A stretch of DNA of 64,000 nt, taken from positions 1-64,000 of IMG/VR virus record IMGVR_UViG_3300025012_000026. One strand, given 5' to 3'. Positions 41,285-51,451 of this stretch are shown here, one piece after another. The notes beneath the pieces are model-generated. The model was not told the DNA's origin and searched no databases. It saw only the letters and a list, made by a program, of their open reading frames with translations. Every line of letters starts with the position of its first letter. Within the stretch, counting starts at the first letter, position 1. Position numbers and translations under genes: made by a program.

Positions 41285-41773
41285 ATGAAAATTTGCCCAC
41301 CACAAGGTTTATCTAATATTAGTGGAATTACTGGAACAATTCAAATGTATGCAGGAACAACAGCACCTTCAGGATATCTGATTTGTGATGGTTCAGCAGT
41401 ATCTAGAACGACTTATTCAGCATTATTTAGTGTGATAGGAATAAGTTATGGAGCAGGTAATGGAAGTAGTACATTTAATGTTCCAAATTTCAAAGGTAGG
41501 GTGCCTGTCGGATTAGACTCATCTCAAACTGAATTTGATGCGTTAAATAAAATTGGCGGAAGCAAAAATCATGTTTTAACTATCGAGGAAATGCCAGCGC
41601 ACAAACACACATTTAATGATAATTATGGGGTTCAAAATGTTGAAGTTACATTTTATAATGGAACAGCAACTGATGAAATTGAAAGATGGGAGGATACATC
41701 TACTGTTGGAGGAGGTCTCGCGCATAATAATTTACAACCCTACTGTACAATTTCTTTTGTGATTAAAATTTAA
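41285..41773 (+). CDS. phage tail collar domain protein
   Basis: GTIQMYAG..APSGYLICDGSAVSRTTYSALFSVIG...FNVPNFKGRVPVG; AHNNLQPY. Confidence 0.88.
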   Translation: MKICPPQGLSNISGITGTIQMYAGTTAPSGYLICDGSAVSRTTYSALFSVIGISYGAGNGSSTFNVPNFKGRVPVGLDSSQTEFDALNKIGGSKNHVLTIEEMPAHKHTFNDNYGVQNVEVTFYNGTATDEIERWEDTSTVGGGLAHNNLQPYCTISFVIKI

Positions 41774-41895
41774 TATAAAAATAAATATTTGGTTGTTTAA
41801 ATAATTTGCAAGTTATTTAAATGTAAAACGAAGAGGCGTACTGCTATACGACTCTTTATCCTATTTTCAAAGCTTTTTGGCAGAAAAGAGGTAAA

Positions 41896-43329
41896 ATGAT
41901 GAAAAAATGTTTTTTAGATGAGTTGCCCAGATGGGGAAAAGCAGAAAAAGTAACAGATGGTAAACAAGGGACTATTAATTGGAAAGAATCAATAGGATAT
42001 ATTGTTAAATTCATTTATGATAATATTGAAGGGGAAATTGAAATTGTTGATTATAACAAAAGTTATCTAGATATAAAATACAAAGATGAGGATATATATA
42101 ATATATATTCAGGCACTTTTACAAAATGTCAATTAGGTATTTTACTAAATAAAAAAACTAAAAAGTTTAGAGTAGAAATAGGTACTATATTTAAAGACAA
42201 CAAAAGAGATATAATTATTACAAATAAAGAATATAAAGATAATCCTTATAATAAAGGAAATAAATTGAAATGGTATAATTATAAGTGTAATAAGTGTGGA
42301 TGGGATGAAGGATGGATAGAAGAAAGTGTCTTAATAAGAGGACAAGGTTGTTCATGTTGTACTGGTCAAATAGTAGTAGAAGGTATAAATGACATTCCAA
42401 CAGTTGCTCCTTGGATGGTAAAATACTTTCAAGGAGGGTACGATGAAGCAAAATTGTATACAAAAGGTTCTAATCACAAAATATATCCAATTTGTCCAGA
42501 TTGTAATAAAGTAAAAAATAAATCTATGGAAGTATGTTCAATATATGCCAATCGCTCTATTGGGTGTAATTGCGGAGATGGAATTAGTTATCCTAATAAA
42601 ATTGTATTTCATCTATTGAGTCAATTAAATTCTGAATTTGTTTCTGAAGCTTCTTTTAATTGGACTACAAAAAGATATGATTTTTATTTATCCTTATTTA
42701 AAAGTATTGTAGAGGTACATGGTTTACAACATTATAAAGAAAAACAAAGATCAAAAACAAGTAGAAATCTCAAAGAAGAACAAAAAAATGATAAATGCAA
42801 AGAAGAATTAGCAAAAGAAAATGGAATTAATAATTACATAATAATTGATGCTAGATATTCTGAGTTAGAATTTATAAAAAGTAGTATATTAAATAGTAAA
42901 CTAAATGAATTGTATGATTTGTCAAAAATTCAATGGATTAAATGTGAAGAATTCGCATTGTCGAATTTAACTAAAAAAGCATGTGAATTAAAATGTAATA
43001 ATTTTAGCACAACTAAAATTGCTGAGATAATGAAATTAGGGGTAAGTACAGTTATAGCATATTTAAAAAGAGGAACGAAAATAGGATGGTGTAATTATAA
43101 TCCCAAAGAAGAAATGATTAAGGCAGTTACTAATAATGGCAAAATGAATGGTAAACCAGTAGAAATATTTAAAAATAATATTTCTTTAGGAATATTTGAG
43201 AATTGTCATGAGTTAGACCGACAAAGCGAAAATGTTTTTGGAATTAAATTAAATTATAGTTCTATATCATCTGTCTGTCGTGGTGAAACAAATCATTATA
43301 AAGGATTCATTTTTAAGTATGTTATTTAA
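41896..43329 (+). CDS. free-standing homing-endonuclease-like protein (zinc ribbons, Vsr-like, NUMOD1)
   Basis: GCSCC, CPDC; RYDFYL...IVEVHGLQHY; C-terminal ISSVCRG...HYKGFIFKY. Confidence 0.75.
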   Translation: MMKKCFLDELPRWGKAEKVTDGKQGTINWKESIGYIVKFIYDNIEGEIEIVDYNKSYLDIKYKDEDIYNIYSGTFTKCQLGILLNKKTKKFRVEIGTIFKDNKRDIIITNKEYKDNPYNKGNKLKWYNYKCNKCGWDEGWIEESVLIRGQGCSCCTGQIVVEGINDIPTVAPWMVKYFQGGYDEAKLYTKGSNHKIYPICPDCNKVKNKSMEVCSIYANRSIGCNCGDGISYPNKIVFHLLSQLNSEFVSEASFNWTTKRYDFYLSLFKSIVEVHGLQHYKEKQRSKTSRNLKEEQKNDKCKEELAKENGINNYIIIDARYSELEFIKSSILNSKLNELYDLSKIQWIKCEEFALSNLTKKACELKCNNFSTTKIAEIMKLGVSTVIAYLKRGTKIGWCNYNPKEEMIKAVTNNGKMNGKPVEIFKNNISLGIFENCHELDRQSENVFGIKLNYSSISSVCRGETNHYKGFIFKYVI

Positions 43330-43395
43330 CGATTTATTTCGTGTGTAACTATGTGATTAAATATTAATATAAAATAAATAAAAAGTAGGTGGTGT

Positions 43396-43590
43396 TTGGT
43401 GGCAAGTAAGAAAAACAAAAATAACCCAGATAATAAAGCAAATGGGAATGTAAAACAAAATAAATTAATATCGAGCGAATATTGTGAGAAGAACTGTTTA
43501 AATGTTGGTGAGTGTCAGAAATATAAAGATTATTTGGCTAGGATGGTAGTGCTACATAAAGTAGGAAAGGGATTGCTTTGCGATAAGTAA
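43396..43590 (+). CDS. small hypothetical protein
   Basis: GGTGG RBS with GTG; 64 aa, Cys-containing. Confidence 0.45.
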   Translation: MVASKKNKNNPDNKANGNVKQNKLISSEYCEKNCLNVGECQKYKDYLARMVVLHKVGKGLLCDK

Positions 43591-43681
43591 ATATTTGCAG
43601 TAGATAAAGAGCATTTAGAAATAAGTGCTCTTATTTGTGTTGCAAAGTTGTGATGCAAATATATTGAAAGGAGGAACTAAA

Positions 43682-43909
43682 ATGAATGAGTTTATAAATG
43701 AAGAAAAAGTAGAAACAAAAACAATTCCAACAAAAGAAAAAGTAACATATTTGTACAATATCCTGCAAATCAACTATTATCTCAGTCATGGAATTTGCCC
43801 AAAACAAATTGGAATTAATTCAACTACAAAACGAGTATGGGCAGAATTTTCTTGGGAAGGCACTACGGAAATATTCGGAAAATGGTGTCAAAGAAAAGTC
43901 ATTAAATAA
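43682..43909 (+). CDS. small conserved phage protein (paralogue of 12550-12729)
   Basis: GGAGG RBS; YLYNILQINYYLSHGICP...FGKWCQRK. Confidence 0.6.
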   Translation: MNEFINEEKVETKTIPTKEKVTYLYNILQINYYLSHGICPKQIGINSTTKRVWAEFSWEGTTEIFGKWCQRKVIK

Positions 43910-43948
43910 TACATTAAACAAATAAATTGAAGAAAGAAGGAATTTATA

Positions 43949-44722
43949 ATGGAGAATAAAAATAATAATGAATTAACTGTAATTAATGAGCAAGAGGTAT
44001 TGGGTAAAACTTTTAGAATTTATGGAGATTTTGAAAATCCATTGTTTTTAGCAAAAGATATAGCAAATTGGATTGAACATAGCGATACTTCTATGATGGT
44101 AAAAAATATTGATGACGATGAAAAGGTCACAAGTATTGTTTGTACCCTTGGTGGAAACCAATCTGCATTATTTCTTACAGAAGATGGCATGTATGAAGTT
44201 CTTATGCAAAGCAGAAAACCAATTGCAAAACAATTTAAAAAGCAAGTTAAGATAATTTTGAAATCTATTCGTAAACATGGTACATATATGACAGAGGAAG
44301 TAATAGAGAAGACGCTTACTGATCCAGATTTTATTATACAATTGGCTACGCAATTAAAAGAAGAAAGATTAAAAAGAATTTTGGCAGAAAATAAAATAGA
44401 AGAACAGAAACCATTGGTAGGATTCGCTGAAACTTGCTTAAAATCTAAAGATAATATTCTTGTACGTCAAGTTTCTAAAATAGCACAAGATGAAGGAATT
44501 GATATTGGAGAGAAGAAATTATATAAAAAACTAAGAGAATGGGGATTAATTCTAACATCTTCTACTGAACCATCCCAAAGAGGAATGAATTCATTATATT
44601 TTGTAGTAGAAGAGAAAAGTGTTGATACTCCTTATGGTGTAAAATTAAGCAGAATTACAAAAGTAAGTCCAAAGGGCCAAGTGTTTATAATTGAGAAATT
44701 GAAGAAAGAACTTTTACAGTAA
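43949..44722 (+). CDS. BRO-N plus ANT/KilAC antirepressor
   Basis: PLFLAKDIA, FLTEDGMYEVLMQSRKPIAKQFK, LTDPDFIIQL, VSPKGQVFI. Confidence 0.9.
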   Translation: MENKNNNELTVINEQEVLGKTFRIYGDFENPLFLAKDIANWIEHSDTSMMVKNIDDDEKVTSIVCTLGGNQSALFLTEDGMYEVLMQSRKPIAKQFKKQVKIILKSIRKHGTYMTEEVIEKTLTDPDFIIQLATQLKEERLKRILAENKIEEQKPLVGFAETCLKSKDNILVRQVSKIAQDEGIDIGEKKLYKKLREWGLILTSSTEPSQRGMNSLYFVVEEKSVDTPYGVKLSRITKVSPKGQVFIIEKLKKELLQ

Positions 44723-44862
44723 ATAAGATTAATAAATAAAATATATTAATTTAATAAATAACAAAGGCATTGCTTTAGTGTGATGTCTTTGTTTGATATT
44801 GGAATATTAGGAGATGAATTAAAATTAATAATCAAGTTTTAATAACTTTAGATAAAAATACA

Positions 44863-45264
44863 TTGGATGAATATAATAAATACTATTTCAATAAATATCC
44901 AAGGAGAAAAGTTGCACCTATCAAGAAACCAATTCCACCATCACTTAACGAATATATTTCCATGATTCGTATGGCACAGAATACACTTAAAGGTAAATAT
45001 AAAGAATTTTCAATATGGTTAGCAGAACATTACAAAATAAATAATCTTAATTTAGATAACGCAATTATTACATATACATTCTATTTTAAAACTCATATAA
45101 GACACGATTTTGATAATCTTATGCTTACCCCTAAATTATGTAACGATGGGTTAGTAGATGCAGGAGTTTTTAAAGATGATTGTGGAGAGTTTTTAAAGTT
45201 GTATTTTAATGAATTTAAATATGATAAAACCAACCCTAGAGTTGAAATGTTGTTAGAATGGTAA
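44863..45264 (+). CDS. rusA: RusA-like Holliday junction resolvase
   Basis: PPSLN, RHDFDNL, DGLVDAGVFKDD, NPRVEM. Confidence 0.8.
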   Translation: MDEYNKYYFNKYPRRKVAPIKKPIPPSLNEYISMIRMAQNTLKGKYKEFSIWLAEHYKINNLNLDNAIITYTFYFKTHIRHDFDNLMLTPKLCNDGLVDAGVFKDDCGEFLKLYFNEFKYDKTNPRVEMLLEW

Positions 45265-45594
45265 TTTTAATTGGTAATTGATATTCTAAACCCCTTATAT
45301 AACAACACTTTTCAAATTCTCTAAATGGGAATTTTTATAATTTACAGAGGTATTCAATAAAAATATCTAAAATAATTAAAAAAAGGAATGATTATTAATG
45401 ATTATCAAATCCAAAAGAATTAAAAGATTTCTATACAATTTAGGGTTTGAATTCTCAGTCTTAAATACAAATGGGAAAGAAGAATATTCATTTCCTGAAT
45501 CATCTCAATTAAAAGAATCTATAGATTTTTACTACAAAATAAGGAAGACTTTTGAAAGTCAATAACCTTAAAAACAAGGAGGTCGAAAGACTAA

Positions 45595-47061
45595 ATGGAA
45601 AAACAATACATAAGTGATCTAATTACAAGTGAAAACATTGACAATTGGACTTCAGACAAAATTGTATTTATAGAAGGGCCAACTGGAAGAGGTAAGAGTC
45701 ATTTCATAAAACATACTTTATCAGATCATAATCCATTTAAGAAAATATTAATACTAGTCAATAGAACAATAATTAAGAAACAATCCAAGAAAGAATTATT
45801 AAGAGTAGATATTGATAATATTACAATAATTACTTACCAACACCTAGCAACTCTAATATTAGAGAAAAAGACAGCAGAATTTGAAGGTTATAATTACATA
45901 ATCTGTGATGAAGCACATCATTTTTGTGAAGAAAGTGAATTCATTTTTAATACTGATGTTTCATTTAATTGGGTTATGAGACAATCAGGTATTAAAATAT
46001 TTATGACTGCTACTGCATATTTTATTAAAAATTATTTAACCAAAGAATTAAAATTAGAAATAGATCATTATCATATCAAAAATGAATATGAGTTTATAGA
46101 AAAACTATACTTCTTTGAGAATGATGATGTAATTAAGAAATTGTTGTTTGACTTACCATCTGATGAAAAAGCAATATATTTTACTAATGCTAAGAAAGCA
46201 CATGAAATGAGCGAATTGCTAGAATCATGTGCTTTCTACTGTTCTAAGAATAATTATGATTATTCGAGATATGTAAATTCTGAAGTAGTTGCTTATATTG
46301 AAGAAAATGAGAAATTTGAAGAACAAGTTCTTTGCACAACTAAAGTTATGGATACAGGGGTTAATATTAAGGATGATTTTATTAGGCATATAATAGTAGA
46401 TATTGCGGATTTATCAAGCATAATTCAATGCATTGGAAGAAAAAGAATCAAAGGTAGTGAGAAAATAATAGTTTATATAAAAGATAAGAAAGGCAATTCT
46501 ATTTCAAGAAAATTAGAAAACATTAAAGATAAATTAAGTTATGCAAATATTTTACGGGAAAAAGGTGACATCGCATTAGTACAAGAAAATGCTCATAAAA
46601 ATACTTATGGGAATTTAATTTATGATATTATTAATAAGGATGAGTTGAGAATAGATAAGAAATTAAATGAGTTGATGTATTATACATATAATCAAAATAA
46701 AATAATGTATGAAGGAATATTATTAGATAAGGAAAATGGTTTTAAGAATAAATTGTTTGAGAGGATGGGTATAGAAGATATGGCTTATACTTATCTAGAG
46801 GCAGAATTAGACGCATTAAAATTAGAACATATTTTGGACAGATTAGTTGGCGTTAAAATGTTTAAAGATGAACAGAAAGAATTTAAACAAATGCTACTAA
46901 AGGAATTATTGAATACACCAAAAGCAAATCACGGATCTATAGGATTAAAAACAATTAATTCTCTATTTGATGAAAATAAATTAAATTTTCTAATGAATAG
47001 TAAAACTGAAAGAGCAGGAGAATTAAGAGGTAAAGCATATTGGGTAATATCTAAACTATAA
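45595..47061 (+). CDS. superfamily 2 (DEAH-like) helicase, possibly origin-binding
   Basis: GPTGRGKS, ICDEAH, TATA, TTKVMDTGVNI, IQCIGRKR. Confidence 0.85.
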   Translation: MEKQYISDLITSENIDNWTSDKIVFIEGPTGRGKSHFIKHTLSDHNPFKKILILVNRTIIKKQSKKELLRVDIDNITIITYQHLATLILEKKTAEFEGYNYIICDEAHHFCEESEFIFNTDVSFNWVMRQSGIKIFMTATAYFIKNYLTKELKLEIDHYHIKNEYEFIEKLYFFENDDVIKKLLFDLPSDEKAIYFTNAKKAHEMSELLESCAFYCSKNNYDYSRYVNSEVVAYIEENEKFEEQVLCTTKVMDTGVNIKDDFIRHIIVDIADLSSIIQCIGRKRIKGSEKIIVYIKDKKGNSISRKLENIKDKLSYANILREKGDIALVQENAHKNTYGNLIYDIINKDELRIDKKLNELMYYTYNQNKIMYEGILLDKENGFKNKLFERMGIEDMAYTYLEAELDALKLEHILDRLVGVKMFKDEQKEFKQMLLKELLNTPKANHGSIGLKTINSLFDENKLNFLMNSKTERAGELRGKAYWVISKL

Positions 47062-47067
47062 TATAAT

Positions 47068-47130
47068 TTATTGGTATGTTTTTTACCAAATCATATATAA
47101 TATATCTTTTGGTAATTTTCATACCAATAA
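47068..47130. repeat. 63 bp imperfect palindrome with AT-rich core
   Basis: TTATTGGTATG/CATACCAATAA outer arms; TTACCAAA/TTTGGTAA inner arms. Confidence 0.85.
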
Positions 47131-47500
47131 TAACAAATAAAATAATAATTAATAAATCATATCCATGAAGTAATTTTGGGACACCAAAATTGCGTAATGT
47201 TCCGTAGGACAAATATCAAATCAATAAAAACAACAAATAACCCAACGAAGCAAGGTCTTGTATTGCTATGTCGAAATACGCTTCTAGCCATTTCGCTAAC
47301 GCTCAATGACTAGGATTTATTATTTGCTTAAATGATTTGTTAAATTTAATCCACTCATCACAAATTCTTAATAATAAATAAATAAAATTATTGTCGAAAC
47401 AAATCACAATAAAAATCTAGCAATTTCCTCCTTTTTACTATATACTTAACACAACAAACAAATCCAAATAATCAAATTATAGTAAATGGAGGAAAGAAAT

Positions 47501-49117
47501 ATGAAAAGAAAACTATTCCCTAAAAAACTATTAACCACAATTTCCACAATCACATTATCCATTGCTCTATTATTCACATCCTCATCTGTATTACCAACAT
47601 TAGGTGCAACAAACACAAATCCAACAATTAATAGGCTCAGTGGTAATGACCGTTACGACACATCATCTCAAATTGCCAAGCAAGGGTGGTCTAATGGCTC
47701 AGATTCTTGTATTCTTGTCTATGGAGGTAATTATCCTGATGCACTCTCAGCAACACCTTTAGCAAAAAAACTTAATGCTCCAATATTGCTTACGGAAAAC
47801 ACATCGCTTACTCCAATAACAAAGCAGACAATAGTTGATCTGAATGTTAAAAACGTCACAATTATCGGTGGTACAGGTGTATTATCATCTGCAATTGATA
47901 CAGAATTGCAATCAATGAATATTAATGTAACTAGAATTTTTGGTCAAACTCAGTATGATACAGCTATAGAAATTGCTAAACAATTCCCTTCTCCAAATGA
48001 ACTAATAGTCTGCACTGGAGAAGAATTCTCTGACTCACTTTCAATTTCTCCTGTAGCATCAATTAAGCAAATACCGATTATATTGGTTCCTTCTGATAAC
48101 ATGCCAAGTTCAGTAAAAAATTATATTAATACAAATTCAGCAAATATTACGAAATCCTATATAATTGGAAATACAGACATAATTAATGATAATGTTGCCA
48201 ATCAATTTCCAAATGTTGAAAAAATATCAGGTGCAACAAAATATGATAGAAATATAGCCATAAATCAAAAATTCAATAATCAATTTAATTCAAATAATAT
48301 TTGTCTTGCCACTGGTGAGCAATTTCCAGACGCTCTAAGTGGAAGTTCTTATGCATCCAAAATATCTTCTCCAATTATTTTAGTAAATAATGCTACTCCT
48401 AATGGTACGAAAAATTATTATCAGCAAAGATTAACAAATACTGATAATGTAATCGTTTTTGGTGGTACAGCAGTTGTTCCAGATAGTGTAATACAAGGAT
48501 TAGGCAATATAAGTAGTACAGATACGAATGTAAATGTACCTATTACTCCTATTGCACCAATTGCACCAATTGATATTGACAATACTAATATTGTTAATAA
48601 TTCAAATAATACTACTAATTCAAATAACAATAATACTACTACCATAATTAATAATGGATCTTCAAGTATAGATACTTCAACTGGTTGCATTAAAGGTTCT
48701 GTCACTTGGCAGTATAATAAATTTATTGGAACCAAAGCAGATGTCGGAGCAAAAATAGCTTTAATACCAAAAAATCTCAATAAAAATAGTGATAATCCAG
48801 TTTTTTCTTTAACATTATCACAAATACCTCAAGGTCAGAATGGAATTTATACTGCGAAAGCTAATGGATATGGAGAATATGAAATTGCTGATGTTCCAGT
48901 TGGTAGTTATTATTTGTTAATTTCTTCTGTAAACACGAATAATAATATGACAATATCTTCAATTGATCAACAAATATTAAGCAATTTATTGTCTTCAATG
49001 GATTGGAAATTTATTCAACCAACTTTAAAAATTCATAAGTATAATCTAATTAAAGTGCAGATAGAGGGTGGAAAAACCTTGACAGAAAGTTATGACTTTG
49101 GAAACACTTATATTTAG
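47501..49117 (+). CDS. secreted cell-wall-binding repeat 2 (CWB2 x3) surface protein
   Basis: Signal peptide; RLSGNDRYDTS, three DALS motifs (YPDALSA, FSDSLSI, FPDALSG); P/N-rich linker; C-terminal beta-sandwich. Confidence 0.9.
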   Translation: MKRKLFPKKLLTTISTITLSIALLFTSSSVLPTLGATNTNPTINRLSGNDRYDTSSQIAKQGWSNGSDSCILVYGGNYPDALSATPLAKKLNAPILLTENTSLTPITKQTIVDLNVKNVTIIGGTGVLSSAIDTELQSMNINVTRIFGQTQYDTAIEIAKQFPSPNELIVCTGEEFSDSLSISPVASIKQIPIILVPSDNMPSSVKNYINTNSANITKSYIIGNTDIINDNVANQFPNVEKISGATKYDRNIAINQKFNNQFNSNNICLATGEQFPDALSGSSYASKISSPIILVNNATPNGTKNYYQQRLTNTDNVIVFGGTAVVPDSVIQGLGNISSTDTNVNVPITPIAPIAPIDIDNTNIVNNSNNTTNSNNNNTTTIINNGSSSIDTSTGCIKGSVTWQYNKFIGTKADVGAKIALIPKNLNKNSDNPVFSLTLSQIPQGQNGIYTAKANGYGEYEIADVPVGSYYLLISSVNTNNNMTISSIDQQILSNLLSSMDWKFIQPTLKIHKYNLIKVQIEGGKTLTESYDFGNTYI

Positions 49118-49154
49118 TTTAGAGTAAATTTTTTAAGTCAATTAATTCTTTATT

Positions 49155-49181
49155 GACCTCTGATTAGTCAGGGGTCTTTTT
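49155..49181 (+). terminator. intrinsic terminator after the CWB2 gene
   Basis: GACCTCTGA-TTAG-TCAGGGGTC followed by TTTTT. Confidence 0.8.
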
Positions 49182-49358
49182 GATATTTGTTTTTGATTTT
49201 AATGTTTTTATTGTCGTTATAAAATCGAATTACAAGCGTGAGGATTGACTGTGTTGAGTCAGAAATTTGTTGATTGTATTATCGTATGGGTCTAAATGAT
49301 TTGTTGTGTGTGTTTTGAGAGGATTTGCGGTGATCATGTGATAAAATTATTAAAAGAA

Positions 49359-49388
49359 TAGAGACTCTAAGTTGGATTAGAGTCTCTA
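49359..49388 (-). terminator. intrinsic terminator for the minus-strand gene
   Basis: Perfect 12 bp stem TAGAGACTCTAA/TTAGAGTCTCTA; T-rich tail on the minus strand. Confidence 0.75.
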
Positions 49389-49417
49389 TAAGAACAATTA
49401 TAATTATAGTGTTTATA

Positions 49418-50161
49418 TTATTTATTCATTGATAATTCTATAATTAGCTCATTTTTATACCTAATTTTTTCATTATTGAGTCTAATTATTTCCGTAGCAT
49501 GATCAATTGCATTTGAAAGAACATTATTTAACTTTAACATATTTTCTTTAATATTTAGTCCATTTTTACACTCTGATAAAATCTTCTTAAATTCTTGTTT
49601 AATTTCTAAACTCTCATTTGGTATATATAATTCTGCACAATAATCTAAATCTAATACACTATTATTAGGTTTATTTAATTTACTAAGATCACAAGTTAAG
49701 AGATTTTTTAAAGTTTTAACATCTTGTGAATCTTCTTCAGTGTCTTCTGTTTTTACTTTTATATAATTTAAATAAGGTAAATTTTCTAAAATATCATTCA
49801 AACTTAAATCAAATAATTCTCCACTTTTTCTTCTCTTATTATCAAAGAATTCATGTAATATTTTTTCTGTTTCGTAGTAATTTACATGTGGTTGTGATAA
49901 TAACATTAATTTGCTGTTACTCTCACATTCATCTACAAGACTATAATTTTTAAATGTACTATTTATGTTTTGTATTCTAATTATTGGATTTTTCGTACAT
50001 CCAATTTTTAAGTAATCACCATATGGAACAATATATACATATCCAAAATAGGGAATGTCAGAATATATAGATTTAACATAATTAAATATACTGTTAATAT
50101 GATTTCCGATATACCAAGGTTCTCCATTTATTTCGATGACTTTAACTTCTTCGTTTAACAT
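49418..50161 (-). CDS. T5orf172/GIY-YIG-like domain protein
   Basis: GYVYIV...LKIGCTKNPIIRI, EKILHEFF...GELF; the only clear minus-strand gene. Confidence 0.75.
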   Translation of the reverse strand: MLNEEVKVIEINGEPWYIGNHINSIFNYVKSIYSDIPYFGYVYIVPYGDYLKIGCTKNPIIRIQNINSTFKNYSLVDECESNSKLMLLSQPHVNYYETEKILHEFFDNKRRKSGELFDLSLNDILENLPYLNYIKVKTEDTEEDSQDVKTLKNLLTCDLSKLNKPNNSVLDLDYCAELYIPNESLEIKQEFKKILSECKNGLNIKENMLKLNNVLSNAIDHATEIIRLNNEKIRYKNELIIELSMNK

Positions 50162-50341
50162 TTGGTTACTACCTCTTTCTTTTTTAATTACTTTTATAAT
50201 CTTTACACCCTTATGTATTGATTACCCAAGGCCCATCTCTGATAATAATATCACTTACTTTCTTTATTATATTTTCTATTTGAACCTCCTTTATCATTAT
50301 ACATGGATAAGTTTGATTTGTAAAGTATAAAATAAAATTAA

Positions 50342-50371
50342 TTGACAATGTTTATATGAGTATGATATAAT
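50342..50371 (+). promoter_or_regulatory. sigma-A type promoter for the HTH gene
   Basis: TTGACA-18nt-TATAAT with TG extension. Confidence 0.7.
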
Positions 50372-50484
50372 TTATCCATAAAGTTGATTCAAGTCTCTTC
50401 TATCCATTAATACATATACATATGCTTTATATTTTGTTAAGGCATGTGAGTTTGTGAATATGGTATAATAAATGGGAGAAGGGA

Positions 50485-50697
50485 TTGATGGTTGTGGATA
50501 AAGTAGTTAAAAATAGATTAGGAGAAATATTGGGAGAAAGAGGAATATCTCAAACTTGGGTATCTAAAAAGACAGAAGTTACAAGACAAACAATATCTAA
50601 TTTAATTAATCATAGATTTTGTCCAAGTTTAGAATTAGCTTTTAAAATATGTGATGCTTTAGGTTTAGAATTAACTGACGTATTTTATTACGAATAA
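50485..50697 (+). CDS. XRE/Cro-family HTH regulator
   Basis: NRLGEILGERGISQTWVSKKTEVTRQTISNL...PSLELAFKIC. Confidence 0.9.
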   Translation: MMVVDKVVKNRLGEILGERGISQTWVSKKTEVTRQTISNLINHRFCPSLELAFKICDALGLELTDVFYYE

Positions 50698-50726
50698 TAT
50701 TAGTTAAAATATTTTCATATATTGTA

Positions 50727-50756
50727 TTGACATAGTATACATTCTCGTAGTATACT
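50727..50756 (+). promoter_or_regulatory. sigma-A type promoter
   Basis: TTGACA-18nt-TATACT upstream of 50816. Confidence 0.6.
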
Positions 50757-50815
50757 CTATTTGTAGGGAATAAAAACAAGTCCCTAACATTATTAGAGTA
50801 AAGGGGATAAGATTT

Positions 50816-51451
50816 ATGAAAAATACTAAACAAACTTCTAAATCCAAACTATCCTTCAATGACACAATGGAATTAAATATTCTCGAAACCTTAGAAGTTA
50901 GAACATCTCATTTATGTAATGAACTAAGACTCAATACAGACATCCACATTTCTTGGGCAGATTTATGTAAAATTATTTCTCCTTCTAATCCAATTAAAAT
51001 TGCTGATAAAATTCATGCTTATTATAATGGTTTAGAAATTATGAATGATGAAGTTTATCATAAGATTTATGACTCCATTTATGACATTGGTAAGAATGAT
51101 GATAAATTCTATCATTGTGATGTTTTATGGATTAGTAGTATTTCTCAGATTATCTATGAGAATTTTAAGGATCAATGGGAAGTTGTAGTAAAAATTATGA
51201 AAGAAATACATAGTATGTATGGGAGTTTTGATTTAGACTTTATATTTAGCGAAGCAATTCTAACTATGAGAGAAAGATGTTTAATTGGTGATGAATTGTT
51301 TACTTGTGTTTATGAGTATAAAAAGTGCAATGGATGTGTTGAGAAAGAGATTGATAAAAGTTATGAGGATTATTATGAATATGAAGAGGAAAATTATAGG
51401 TGTGATTATGGTGGTGATGATTTAGAATTGGGAAATAGGATTTTGCATTAG
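50816..51451 (+). CDS. hypothetical protein
   Basis: 211 aa ORF with its own promoter. Confidence 0.65.
   Translation: MKNTKQTSKSKLSFNDTMELNILETLEVRTSHLCNELRLNTDIHISWADLCKIISPSNPIKIADKIHAYYNGLEIMNDEVYHKIYDSIYDIGKNDDKFYHCDVLWISSISQIIYENFKDQWEVVVKIMKEIHSMYGSFDLDFIFSEAILTMRERCLIGDELFTCVYEYKKCNGCVEKEIDKSYEDYYEYEEENYRCDYGGDDLELGNRILH

Noticed and set aside
41285-41773. Tail collar gene as a diversity-generating retroelement target
   Set aside because: No reverse transcriptase and no template/variable repeat pair were seen in the window
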